This document shows positions 27,921 to 41,250 of a DNA stretch of 64,000 nt, piece by piece. The translations under genes were made by a program, and so were the position numbers. This DNA is from Octopus vulgaris (taxonomy: Eukaryota). Each line of letters starts with the position of its first letter. Position 1 is the first letter of the stretch. The notes beneath the pieces are model-generated. The model was not told where the DNA came from. It ran no database searches and saw only the letters and a program-made list of their open reading frames with translations. The stretch covers positions 71,920,001 through 71,984,000 of the forward strand of contig OX597815.1 in NCBI GenBank assembly GCA_951406725.2. Direction: 5' to 3'.

Positions 27921-28396
27921 TAATAGTGTTCAAATAATTTGCGTATTTATACACGAAAGAGGTGACCTTTAACAAGACACCTTACATGCTAGAAAGCCCA
28001 AACCACGAATAAGACCAATTTACTGTGAAAATAATAAGAGTAGAAAATTTAGAAAAGTAAAATTTTCATAGTTCCGAAGCCTTTCTGGAATGCAGTTATA
28101 ATTTTTTAAATTATTATTTGCTGCCGAATGTAACTGCGCATGCGCGGTGGATTTGAAAATTATAATGTATAAGTACGTAGCACGTGTATTTTCGGTGCTA
28201 TTTGCTGCATTAATACGCATTAATTTTAGCTCCCTCACTGAAGAAGTACGGAAGGGTAACTACAAAAATATTTTTTTTATTTTCATTCCCTTTGAAATTG
28301 GTCTTATTCGTGGTTTGGGCTTTAACTGCATGTAAGGTATCCTGTTAAAGGTCACCTCTTTCGTGTATAAATACGTAAATTGTTTGTACACTATTA
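27921..28396. mobile_element. MITE with about 100-bp TIRs in a TA context
   Basis: TAATAGTGTTCAAATAATTTGCGTATTTATACACGAAAGAGGTGACC... matches the reverse complement of the 28296-28396 end. Confidence 0.85.
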
Positions 28397-29806
28397 TATA
28401 TATGAAAATATGTTTCTATTGACTTTATCACGCATGCTAGCCACCGATATGAAAATTTCCCTAAAGTTTCTACCCTTATTATTTTCGCAGTATATATATA
28501 GTCCTAAGTATACAGTATCATATATCTATTGCGGCCGATCTTACCAATCGGTTTCACGCTAGGAGTTTAACGCAGTGTTAGGTAACAATCCGATTATGTA
28601 ACCTCACGCTCAATAGAGGTAAGCGATATGGAATGAAATATGGCAACTGCTCTCTATTATTGGAGGTGAATAGGCACATCTGGTCTGCGGTTGCTGTGAC
28701 AAAGATGATGAAACGAAACGAGTAGGTGAATGAGTTAAGAGTTATGTTCTTACATATATTAACGGGTTTCAAAAAATGTTCCGTGTGTTCTTTTGCAAAA
28801 TTGCTTCTCTTAAAAAAACTTGAGAACCTCCAACGAATACATAAATTCAAGGACGAGATTTTTCTGCGTATCCGAATTTCAAAAAATACATCTTATCGGA
28901 ATTTGAAAGTAGATTATCGGACACTTAGTAAACCATTAACATCTTGTTTACATCTGCTTGACAGTGAATTGTTATAACATTGATTGCCTCCTTTGTTTTT
29001 CTTCTTGTTTTCTTAAATAGCGTCTCTTGTTTAAACGCTATCTGCTCAAAAGAGAACTGACGAACGGTCTTGTTTTCAGCTTGATAAATGACGGAATAAA
29101 TTATTATTTTGGCCAGGGCACTCTGGGTAACTGTAGTTACAAGATTTGTGGCCTTTTAATATTTGATTATATATATTTGTATGCATGCATGCATGCCTGA
29201 ATGCATGCATGCATGTATTTATGTATGTATGCATGTATGTATGTATGTATGTATATATGTATGTGTATATGTGTGTGTGTGTGTCTGTTTTTGTCTACGT
29301 CCTTGTAAGTTAGGAGCTCGACAATAAAGACCATCAGAATAAGTACCAGACTGTTAAAAACAAATAAGTTCTGGAGTTTATTTGTTTGTCTGGCCCTTGA
29401 AGGCGGTGCTCTAGTATGGCCGCAGTCCACTGAATGAAACATGTGAAGCATAAAAGATGAATACAAAGCCTACAAAGATTTTACACATCTATTTTTTTCC
29501 CTCAGAAACTGTTTTTTTCTCTCTCAAAAACTATAGCAATTTACCTAATTACTCTAAATAAATTATATTTTTAATCAGTAAGATTTTTCATTGTCTATGA
29601 AAGTGCTTGAAGATATATAACAATTATAGCTGTTGTACTCGTTGTACTTGTCATGTCATTGTTGTTGTTTCTGTTTGGAGCGGAATAGAACAAATTTGAA
29701 AAAAAAAAAAACTAACAAAATAAGAATGACAAAGTCTACGACATTCTTGTAAAGATGTTTCTCTACGCAGAATTATAACTTGAAATATAAACGCAAACAA
29801 ACATTC

Positions 29807-30010
29807 AAGGCAGTGAGCTGGCCGAATCGTTGGCATGCAGGGTAAAATGCTTAGCGATAGTTCGTCCGTCTTTACGAACTGAGTTCAAATTCCGTCGATG
29901 TCGACTTTGCCTTTCATCCTTTCAGGGTCGATAAAATAAGTACCAGTTGAGTATTGGAGTCAATATAATCGACCTATTCCTCTCCCCCAGAACAACTAGC
30001 CTTGTGCCAG
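29807..30010 (+). mobile_element. SINE family B
   Basis: Full head and Meta-like domain. Confidence 0.8.
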
Positions 30011-30055
30011 GCACTACACATTCTTTATTTTCTCTCCTTGTTTCTTTCTGTATTC

Positions 30056-30091
30056 CTTTCTGTGGAAGAGCGTAGGCTCGAAACGTTAAAG
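30056..30091 (+). ncRNA. Variant-core minimal hammerhead-like motif in a dispersed repeat
   Basis: CTTT-CTGTGGAA-GAGC GTAG GCTC-GAAA-CG-TT-AAAG; second copy at 63205-63242 (minus). Confidence 0.45.
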
Positions 30092-30340
30092 ACTTTTTCA
30101 CTTCTCGAGCGTTATACTAATACATCTGTTTGTTGTCTACACCATCCGTCTTCGTCTTTTTTTTTTGTGAATTCTCCCTATATATATAAGTATGTGTGTA
30201 TGCACATTATTATAATAAAAACCACAAAAAGCATTGTGAAATACAACTGCTAAGAGTTTCCTGGTCGAATTATTTATTTCGCCATTTATCAAGCTGTTAA
30301 AAACAACCTATGTATATGTATTTATATATATGTATGTATG

Positions 30341-30765
30341 CTTACAAACCACATGGTTCTGGGTTCAATCCCACTGCGTAGCGCCTTGAGCAAGTGTCTT
30401 CTACTATAGCCTCGGGCCGACCAAAGCCTTAGGAGTGGATTTAATAGACGGAAACTGAAAGGAACCCGTTGTATATATATATATATGTGTGTGTGCGTGC
30501 GTTTCTGTGTGTGTATGTGTGTGTTTGTGTATGTGTGTATGTATATGTGTGTTTGCGTGTGTGTATGTTTGTGTGTCTGTGTTTGTCCCCCCACCATCGC
30601 TTGACAACATATACTGGTATGTTTACGTTCCCGTAACTTGGCGGTTCAGCAAAAGAGACCGATAAAATAAGTACTAGGCTTACAAAGAACAAGTCCTGGG
30701 GTTTGCTCGACTAAAGGCGGTGCTCCAGCATGACCACAGTCAAATGACTGAAACAAGTAAAAGAA
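30341..30765 (+). mobile_element. SINE family A
   Basis: CCACATGGTTCTGGGTTCAATCCCACTGCG...TGACTGAAACAAGTAAAAGA. Confidence 0.9.
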
Positions 30766-30811
30766 ATATATATATAATCATAAAATCATTATATCAGTGG
30801 GCTAGTAGTTT

Positions 30812-30870
30812 ATTCTACTGATGATCGCAAAGCAATTTTTTGCAGACCGTGAAATTTCGAGGCATAGAAT
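30812..30870 (+). ncRNA. Type I hammerhead fold, probably inactivated
   Basis: ATTCTA-CTGATGA-TCG..CGT-GAAA-TTTCGAGG-CA-TAGAAT: 6-bp stem I and intact core, but U16.1 is C. Confidence 0.6.
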
Positions 30871-31022
30871 TATTCAATATTTTTTATATTTTCTCCCTCG
30901 CGTTGAATTCCCTGTGGTTAAATATAGAGAGCAAATTGTAGAGTGGATTGTAGGTATTTGACAGCTATTTCTAGCATTTCCAGTAGCCCTTAACTATAAT
31001 TATATCTTTATAATTATATATG

Positions 31023-31099
<77 letters not shown>

Positions 31100-31104
<5 letters not shown>

Positions 31105-31272
31105 ATAGTAAATAGGGTAATAAAAATAAATTATTATTACCAGTGACCTAGCACAAAAGACGAATTAGTCATTTAGACTATACGTTATTCATATATAAAT
31201 ACCTTAAAACTCTTCCAAATAAAGGTCACTGGTAATAATAATTTATTTTTATTACCCTATTTACTATGTTTA
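31100..31272. repeat. Perfect 50-bp inverted repeat, 73-nt spacer
   Basis: 31100-31149 is the exact reverse complement of 31223-31272. Confidence 0.95.
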
Positions 31273-31431
31273 AATATTGCTCGATAAATTTGCTCGTAAA
31301 TTTTTACCGGCATCCTCTCTGTCGCCGGGTATGTTTTGCGTCTGCGCACTGGTCTGAAAAGTTAGGGTATACAGATCGTTAGATTTGCACGTGCTTCTAA
31401 CGGTATGTACAGCTCGGATTACAAAAGGCTT

Positions 31432-31505
31432 CCAGCTGATGATTCTGGCTTTGGCAGATAAATTCTATTCATCTGCTAAAAAAAAAGATGAAACTGCAGT
31501 ACAGG
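31432..31505 (+). ncRNA. Type I hammerhead ribozyme fold
   Basis: CCAG-CTGATGA-TTCT..(TTTGGCAGAT/ATCTGCTAAA)..AGAT-GAAA-CTGCAG-TA-CAGG; palindromic stem III; one stem I mismatch. Confidence 0.7.
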
Positions 31506-31605
31506 TTTAGCTGAGTTGGTAAACGTTTTTGATTATCATTCCATTTCATGAATTTATCCCCTTTTTGTGTATCTAGCACTCGCTTCTTTATTTGGAAGTC
31601 TTTTA

Positions 31606-31676
<71 letters not shown>

Positions 31677-31712
31677 CGTATACATACATATATATATATA
31701 TATATACGTATA

Positions 31713-31775
<63 letters not shown>

Positions 31776-32330
31776 CATACATACATACATACATACATAC
31801 ATACATACATACATACATACATACATACATACAAAACGCAAACAACATGAATTACGAAATACGAAGGCAAACTTGGGTATTCGAACAACGAGAGAAACAA
31901 ATGGAAAACAAGGCAAGCAACATAAAGAACGTCCCTTCATCAGCTTTCGGCTGTTTATCTACTCTACATTTCGAGCAGGATACAATAAAGTTCTAGCTAC
32001 TGTGACAGGAAGCTGCACAATATTATTATAGTTTGGCAGACAATTATCTGCAGCAAATGGAAGGACTAATCTGATAAATACAATTTAAAATGATACTACT
32101 TGAAATACTGTTCTCTGGTCCAACAATAAAAAAAATAATAATAAATCCATAATTAATTCTAATGAGAAATAATGTTCATTGACCACATGACTGATTTAAA
32201 GCATGCTGCACGTTCTCCTTATTAATTTTAGGCGCGCTTTTACTGTGAGACAAATTATATAAACTGGTGAGTGAACGCGTGGTGGTCAGTTGACCAAGAG
32301 GTTTATATATGCACACACACACATCTGCAG

Positions 32331-32397
<67 letters not shown>

Positions 32398-33268
32398 GTG
32401 GGTGTATTCATCTATGTAAATAAGTGAAATGGTTATTTCGTACGTGTTGGAAAATTCATTTAATCATCCTCAACTAAAACCTTTCTGCCATCACTTTGAG
32501 TTTCAGGTTTATTGCACGTCCTTTCTAAATAAAAAGTAGGATTTTTGAATAGCCATATCTACACACATACACATACACGTACACACACGCACACATACAC
32601 GCACGCACACACACGCACAACAAACAAACAAATACACCACAACACTCATACTCTTGTGCATACGCTTGTCTCTGTGTCTCTTAGCTATATGTCTGAACTA
32701 AAGACCACCAGATTAGTAATTTACTCTTATAGCGAGGTTTCGGACCATTTCGTTCACATACCCAGTTTAGAAGAATTATATTGTCCAATAATAGGAAAAG
32801 GCCATAATAGGAAAAGGCCAGCTACAAGTAATTAACTGTGTCGCCATAAAAGAGATAAACACCAACGTGAGCATGGTCCAACCTATCAAATTGGTTGGTG
32901 TGAAACCAAAGAGAGGTTCACTTGAAAGTAAGTTTTGTGAAATTCCCTGCCAAATAGTTCTGCCGAAGTTTCTAGAAGATTTGACTGAATGTTATAAAAG
33001 TTAGGATATTGAACTCCTGAATAGAAGAACTTCCGATGCCTCCCAGAACTCTGTTCTTCTGGTCATGTTTATGATAAGGTGTTCTCATTCTTGTTACTAA
33101 ATCTGCTTTTAATAACCACTAACAATTTCTTCATAAAAACTAAAATGTTTTATGCTATGAAGACTTTTAACTATTACATTCACTATCTCAGGTATGCTAT
33201 TTTATTCAAGTAATTGTTGTACATATGTAAATGCAAATGTTTCGAGTGATAAAATATATGGAAACTTT

Positions 33269-34277
33269 CAGGGTATTCGGGCTAAATGTGACGATTCTTT
33301 ATTCTCCTTTTTTCAGAGACAGATTGATGCACTGGCGTTGGAGAGTAATAAAGATTAAGAGGAAAAGTTAGCTGAATTGAAAGACTGCGGGCCATTTCAA
33401 TAGCTGAAAACACTTACTCGTATCATGAGAATTCGTACCGAGTATCAAAATGCCGAGATAATGACTGCTACTCAATACTCTGTGAACACTGTAAAAGCTG
33501 TAGGACGTGACGTGGGTAGCTACAATAGAGACTACGAAGGAGGAAGGGACACAGTATCTACACGTTGGAATTCATCCAATCTTTGAACAGGGCCTTAGGC
33601 TTAATTCAGACGGCCCAATTCAGCTGCTGGAGATTGTGATCAATCCCTAGTTTGAGAGAGTTGCTGCTGGAAGGCAATATGCGTGGCAGTAGGATCCGAC
33701 TCCTCACTTTTATATACGTTTTTATATACTGAGACCCATCAAAACGAAACATATCAATAGAAAAAAATATGAAGATACCTGATCCTAACGGATGAAACAT
33801 GTGAGTTAATTCTCTACCGGGAAAAGTAGAGATGATCAAGAAAATATGGGACGGTTGAAGCTTCACTGCTGTGGAAAGAGCCAGAAGTGGTTGTCGGAGA
33901 ATTTCTATGACTTCACCAGCCCCAATTATTTCTAGCCTCCTAATTCCTCCAACAGTAATCCCATTGATTACTATGTGTGGGGCGCGGTTGAGAAAGACAC
34001 TAACCACTCTGCCTGAAATACCAACGCTGAGTTGGAATCTAAAATCAAGAAGGTGTTCGAAGATCTTCCCAAGGACACAGTGAAGAACGCATGTGCCAGG
34101 TTCAGGAGCGGTCTCCAAGCCGTGGTGGAAGCTAGGAGCAGCTACTTTGAGTATGCTGTTATCTCCCAGCCATAATGTAGCTGATATATTTTGAGTTTTA
34201 CCAAATACTTTTATTTTGGGGTGAAATATTGTGTTTTCTTTTGTGCAAACTGTCAAATTTAGCACAAACGTCCCGTA
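33269..34277 (+). mobile_element. Decayed Tc1/mariner-superfamily transposon
   Basis: Imperfect TIRs (GGG...GCTAAAT.TGAC); remnants WQ*DP.P, SQKWLSENF.DF, PPNS..NPIDYYVWG.VE, ACARFR..L.AVVEA. Confidence 0.8.
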
Positions 34278-34419
34278 TATAAATATTAGTGTGGTCATTC
34301 TTAACTTCCTAATAGTGTTGGAATGAAACGATTGATGTGGTTCTTTTAACGCTAACGATTTTGTATATCTGACTGGACATTCAGCATGTTTTGGTGATAG
34401 TACTTTTTAGCACTGGCCA

Positions 34420-34471
<52 letters not shown>

Positions 34472-35566
34472 GATAGAAGTAAGGAGATAGCGAAACATTA
34501 CAATTTATTAATTGAACACAAGTGATATAAACAGTTTCCTTCTCCTCATCCGCATTAAGAGAAGTATTCTCAGACATAATCAGGGAGAGAAAAAGAGAGA
34601 GAACGTGGGAGAGAATGAGAGAAACATTAGTCCGACGTCAAATAAGTCAGCGTAGAATTATTGCCGCCAAATAGGAACCACCAAAACAACTGCGCCAGAA
34701 CGTCTCATAGCCTTATACTGTGTACCACGTGTACCACCAACGACGAATTAGTAACTAAGATCCACTATAATGCTGAACCACTATCCCCTGCGCCATTAAA
34801 ACATAGTTAATTAAATATATTTGCATATTTGCATATATAATGAATTTAATAACGCGTAAGCTGTACGGTCACTTCTGTGATTTATTTCGCAACGTTTTCA
34901 CTGTTTCTGTCAAGCTTTCATTATTTACGATCTAGATTATGCATTGATGGTTCATATGAATCAATCACGTGTTTACTTATGACATTGGATGATCGATCAC
35001 AAAGTAAGTTCGAAATCACGTTACTATTTCCTTTAGTCTCCTCATCCCTCATCTCTCTTCCGGTCTATATCGCAGCTATCTATCTTGCTATCTCTCCATC
35101 TATTTATCTACAGTGGGCTAAAAAGCACACATATGTGCATGTATGTGTGTGAATGTGTGCATGTATACATATACATACATATGTGTGATGGGAAATATAT
35201 GTATCTATGCAGGTGTGTATGTATGTGCATGTATGTGAGTGTATATATATGTATGTATATATGTATATATATGTAGATGAATACATACTTGTATATTTAT
35301 ATATGTGTATACAAACGATATATATATGTATACATACATAAAAATATATATACATATGTGTATATTTGTATACATACATGTGTATGTGTATATATATGTA
35401 TATATATATATATATAGCGAATATATGTCATAAACCATTTTTACGTTCAACATCACAACATCACGTGATGTTGAACGTAAAAATGGTTTATGACTATTTA
35501 ATTTTTTCCTACTAGGCCGCTGGTGGCAAAAGAATTCTACAAAATTTTTTTGCCACCCTATATTGA

Positions 35567-35617
<51 letters not shown>

Positions 35618-36194
35618 CAAATATATGTATATTTGCGTGCGTGCGCGTGTGTGTGTGTGTGTGTACACACACACACATGTATATTCAATACCAGCAAGTA
35701 TAAATACATTTGCAAATAACCAAATGTTATAATTCCTTCTTCGCCGTGTGATTGATATCATATGTAATTTCCGTCGAATCGATATGTTTATTTCAATTTA
35801 AATACTTCCCTATATAGACTGATAGATTTAAGCACCAACTTATAACAATGTTAGTATATATAACAAGCGAGAGGGGATAATTATATAGACATAACTGACT
35901 TAAGGTGGCTAGATGTATAGAGTTCAGCTTATGTAGCACCAACAGCAGCTGCAGCAGTAATGGTAATAGTAGTTGTAGCAGCGGCGGCAACGGCAGCAGC
36001 ATCGATTGCAGAACTGTAGCAGCATCAGTGGCAGGTACTAATGATGAAATACATGAGTTAGAAGCAAGAGTCGAAATCGCTTTCTAGACTTGAACCAACA
36101 AACTTTTGTCGCTTGCTCTTTGGTATACCACAGCGATATGAACCAACGTATGAGCCTGTAGCCCAGTCACTTGTCTTGCTAAGGCGCAAGACCT

Positions 36195-37370
36195 GACATT
36201 TTTATGGGGGTGGGGCAGGGAGGTTAGTCGATTGTAGCCACCTCAGTGCATAGCTGGTACTTATTTCATCGACACCGAAATGTTGAAAGACAGAGTCTAA
36301 AATAAAGCCTCGGCGGAATTTGAAATCAGAAGTAAGAACAGACGAAGTGTCGCTTAGCATTTTGTTCGGCGTGCTAACGATTCTGCCAGCTCAATAGTTA
36401 AAAAAAATCACATCCTACTGCTTTGATGTTTTAACAAAACAACAGGCTGCTGCATTGGGCAGTGTAGATCCTGATGTCGATCTTACCTTTCATCCTTTGG
36501 GAAAACGATAAATTAAATACCAGTTGAGCATTGGGTCAAGGAAATCTACTAACCACTCCTCTTAAAATTGTCCTTGTGCCCAAATTTAAAGCCATTGTTT
36601 CTTTTTTATTTTATTTTCTCTTTAGACAGCAAATTAGCAAAATTGTTAAAGCGTCGGATAAAATAACAACTGGAATTTGTTCCGGCTCTTTACGTTCGGA
36701 GTTCAATTCCCGCCGAGGACAATTTTCTTCTCTCCAAGATCGATAAAATAAGCCTCTAAAACTATTGAGGTCGATATAATCAACTAACCCCCTCTCTTCC
36801 AAATTACCCGATCTTGTGCCTAAATAAGAAACCATCAAGGGCAATGGATTGCTGGAATCTTACAGCGTCAGACAAAATGACTTGTGATATTTGTTCCGCC
36901 ACAGGCAACTTTGCATTTCATACTTCCAGAGTTGATAAAATAAAATCGCAATCAAATATTTAGATCCCCTCTTAAAATCATTCGCCGCGTGCCTAAACCC
37001 CGAAACATCTATTTAGTTATTTTGTGTAATTCTTCAAGATTCGTTTAATTTCCCGGCAACGGATTGACGAGTTGGTATCGTGTCAGATTAAATTCTCTAC
37101 TATATTTGTTACGATACGTCTTGTTTTGAAGTCAAATCCCGCAGAAGTTGATTTTTGTATTTCGCCCTTTTGGTGAACAGACTGAATTTTTAGAACATCA
37201 AACGAAAATTATTATAATATCGGTGAGAGCCAAGACGTGGTTGAATCGCTAGGGTGTCGGGGGAAAATACTTTGCGGTATTTCTTCTGGATAGCTACGCT
37301 CTCTGAACTCAAATCCTTCCGAAGTCAACATTGCCTTTTATGTTTTAGAAATTGATAAAGTAAAGTACTA
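36195..37370. mobile_element. Cluster of old SINE family B copies, both orientations
   Basis: Repeated degenerate GTTCAA.TCC...CCTTTCATCC...GATAAA.TAAGTAC units; minus copy at 36195-36390. Confidence 0.65.
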
Positions 37371-38183
37371 ATTCCACTTGAAATTTTTGGATTTATGCTG
37401 ATAATAGAAACAATTATTACAATATTGATTCTTTTTGATTTGGCTATTTTTATTCCGATTATTGATGATTAAACTGACTTTAGTTCTCTGTTAATATCTA
37501 TTTGATACAGTCTACTGTTGTATGCTATTGTAAATATAATATATAGTTCGCTGTTAATATCTATTTAATACAGTACATCTATCCTAGTTTATCACGAGCT
37601 TTTGTTAAAAGAAAAAAAACAGTGATAGATAACAATAAATGAATCATATCCAAGTATTTTGTAAATGGAGTGAATCATAAATTCATTGACACAAAACTCG
37701 CGGTCCACAGCAGTGAAGCTTCTACCGTCCCATATTTTCTTGATCATCTCTACTTTTCCCTGTAGAAAATAAACTCACGTGTTTCATCCGTTAGGATCAG
37801 GCATCTTCATATTTTTTTCTATTGATTTGTTTCGTTTTGATGGGTCTCAGTATATAAAAACGTATTTTAAAAAATACTCAGCCTCGTAGCACGGTCATGT
37901 CAATACAAACAATAGCCAATGCAATTCTGGTTAACTGAGTTGTATGATGGTCACTGGAGTGAGTTTTTGCAGTACGAGTAGAATTTTCCACCGATTGCCG
38001 ACCCGCGTTATCACAGATCAATACGTGATAAGCATAACATAGTTCATAATTTGAGCGTACAGTGTTATCCCGGATTAGTGATGACTGAATTAGTGATAAA
38101 CGTGGCTATGTGTACTACAATATACCATATTAAGTGTATAGTTCACTGTTAATATCTATTTAACACAGGTTATTACTGTATAC

Positions 38184-38477
38184 GTGAAGGCGATTGGCCT
38201 AATGGTTAGAGCAGCGGACTCGCGGTCGAGGGATCGCGGGTTCGAATCTCAGACCGGGTGATGTGTGTGTTTATGAGCGAAACACCTACGCTCCACACGG
38301 CTCCTGCAGAAGGTAATGGCGAACTTCTGCTGACTCTTTCGCCACAACTTTCTCTCACTGTTTCCTCTTGCAGCTCACCTGCGACGGACCGGCATCCCGT
38401 TCAGGTGGGGAACCTATACGCCAAGGAAACCGGGAAACCGGCTCTATGAGCCAGACGTGGCTCGAGAAGGAACAAAC
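38184..38477 (+). mobile_element. Full-length tRNA-derived SINE family C with 10-bp TSD
   Basis: A box TGGCCTAATGG, B box GGTTCGAATCT; TACTGTATAC direct repeats at 38174-38183 and 38478-38487. Confidence 0.9.
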
Positions 38478-39013
38478 TACTGTATACTGTGATAAACAGC
38501 ATACTATTGAAAGTGGATTAATAAGACAAATGAAAAACAAAGGTAACCTCAATAGAATCGAACTCAGAATATATTGGAAAATAAGAAACGCCGTAAAGTA
38601 TTTAGGGTGTCACTCTAACGCTGTGAAGAAGGAAGTAAACTGATGGAGTCGTTAGAGTGTAGGATAGAAAATCGTGTGATATTTGTTACCCTCTCTAAGT
38701 ACAAGTCCTACTGAGGTCAGCTTTACTTTTAACCATCTTGGGATTGGTAAAGTACCAATGCTGGGAGTTCTTTCTTTCCGTCTGTCATTCTTTCTGTCTT
38801 TCTTTCTTTCTTTCTTTCTTTCATTCCGTCCCGTATCTCCAGGCCTTGTCCTGCTGATTTACTCAGAACATTCTTTCAGGATACCTTTGTCAGCGGATTT
38901 AAAGAGTGGAGTGTTCTTAACTGGTACTCGTTCTATCGACGCTGGAAATATGTAAAGTTGAAGGAGACTAAATACTGCAAATAATCCAAGAAAATCTCTC
39001 GAAGAGTTTGATG

Positions 39014-39060
<47 letters not shown>

Positions 39061-39852
39061 AACTTAAAGGGTCGAAGAAAGTGTAGCGAAATCCCAACTG
39101 AGATTTGAACCACTAGTCTAGAACCATAAAAGGAAAAGTGTCACTATAAAAAGTATTAGCACCAACGCGAATATGGCTTGACCAATCAGCATTGACTGAC
39201 ATGTTATGATTGAAGTAGGAAAACTTCAAAGGGAATAAGCGAATTTTCCCGCTATACATTTTAGTCGAAAATTCTAGAAGGATGGTTAACAGCTATAAAA
39301 AGCCTGACAAATTCAATCTAACCAGAGAGTTGCTCTGCGTCCGGGAGAATAAATGTTGCTTGTTTCAACGAGTCGTTCTCTCCCACTTCTCACTTTTCTT
39401 ATATAACATGCTTATGTCCTACTCGACAAAAGGCACCAACCTTTACTTATAGTACCCAGTAACACATATTAATTATATGCAGTGATTATTTTCCTTGTGT
39501 TACGTTCATTATATAATCTTGCAAGTTATATTAGAGAAGATGCCTAACCATTATGTTTGTTGAACATTGGTTCATCAATTTATTGGATGTCCACCTGTAA
39601 ATATAACGATGGCGGTTAATAAAATATTTTAAAAAGTCAATTACAGTTGAGTGTGCTTATTGCCTACACACGCAACTTACCTCACTTTGGGAATAGCCAA
39701 TGAAGAAGGAGATATAACTGACCACCACAATAAATAAGTGGAAGGAGGAAAGAAAGAGAAAGAAAATGTTCGAAATTTAAAAAAAAAACCCATTTGAAAG
39801 ATTAGAAAGAAGGAATTAAATAAAGATAGAAAGAAAAAGAAGTTAGGCAGAA

Positions 39853-40228
<376 letters not shown>

Positions 40229-40827
40229 ACTCAAGCAGACAGAAGAATATGGGGTAGGAAGAAAGATATGAATGAAAGAAAGAGAGTAAAAGAAAGCGAA
40301 AATGAAAGTAATTCATTCGAAAGTGTTGAAAAAGAATCGGAAGGGTTAAAAGAAAGAAAAACAGAAAATCCAATTAAATATTGAGTTATTGAAAACATAT
40401 ATATTAACTAAAATAAATTACTATTGTTTCATAGCTGATAGCTACAAGAGAAAAGTACTTGATATATATAAGGTAGCTAACTATTGTTGCTGTTGTTTGT
40501 AGTATTGTTAATGTTGCCGTTGGAGTTTAGTTGTTGTTGTGGCTGATAGTTAATGTAAACATCAATACTTTTAACTATTCTAAGTAAAACAATGAAGTGC
40601 TTTGCTTTATCATGGCCGAAGTCATTCTCGTTCTTTCTCGTCGTTGTACGGAATAACGCGATGAATTCTCGACTGGTATCGTTCCTATTGTCGTGCAGAG
40701 GTTTCTTTGAGCCAAGTTCGATGACACATGTATATACATGTATGACGAGTATGTCAATGCGAGCATGCATGTGTGTGTTGTGTGTTGTGTGTTGTGTGTT
40801 GTGTGTTGTGTGTGTGTTGTGTGTGTG

Positions 40828-40865
<38 letters not shown>

Positions 40866-40951
40866 TTTCATTTTCTATGGAATATGTTGGTTGATTTGCC
40901 TCTTTCTAATTGTGATAACGTTCTTTTGTTTGAGATCAAATAATAGTGACG

Positions 40952-41250
40952 ATGTATGTATGTAGGTATGTATGTATGTATGTATGTATGTATGTATGTA
41001 TGTATGTATGTATGTATGTATGTATGTATGTATGTATGTATGTATGTATGTATGTATGTATGTATGTATGTATGTATGTATGTATGTATGTATGTATGTA
41101 TGTATGTATGTATGTATGTATGTATGTATGTATGTGTGTATGTATGTATGTGTGTATGTATGTATGTATGCATGTATGTATGTATGTATGTATGTATGTA
41201 TGTATGTATGTATGTATGTATGTATGTATGAAGGTATGAAGGTATGTATG
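40952..41250. repeat. (TATG)n microsatellite
   Basis: Directly visible. Confidence 0.95.

Noticed and set aside
31880-31960. CTGATGA on the minus strand
   Set aside because: No correctly placed GAAA or closing stems
33606-34298. 230-aa minus-strand ORF
   Set aside because: Antisense shadow of the decayed plus-strand transposase
38184-38260. tRNA gene
   Set aside because: SINE head: continues into a SINE body and is flanked by TSDs
40600-40770. CpG-richer unique patch, possible regulatory element (similar at 14820-14980 and 34600-34800)
   Set aside because: Composition alone gives no supportable call
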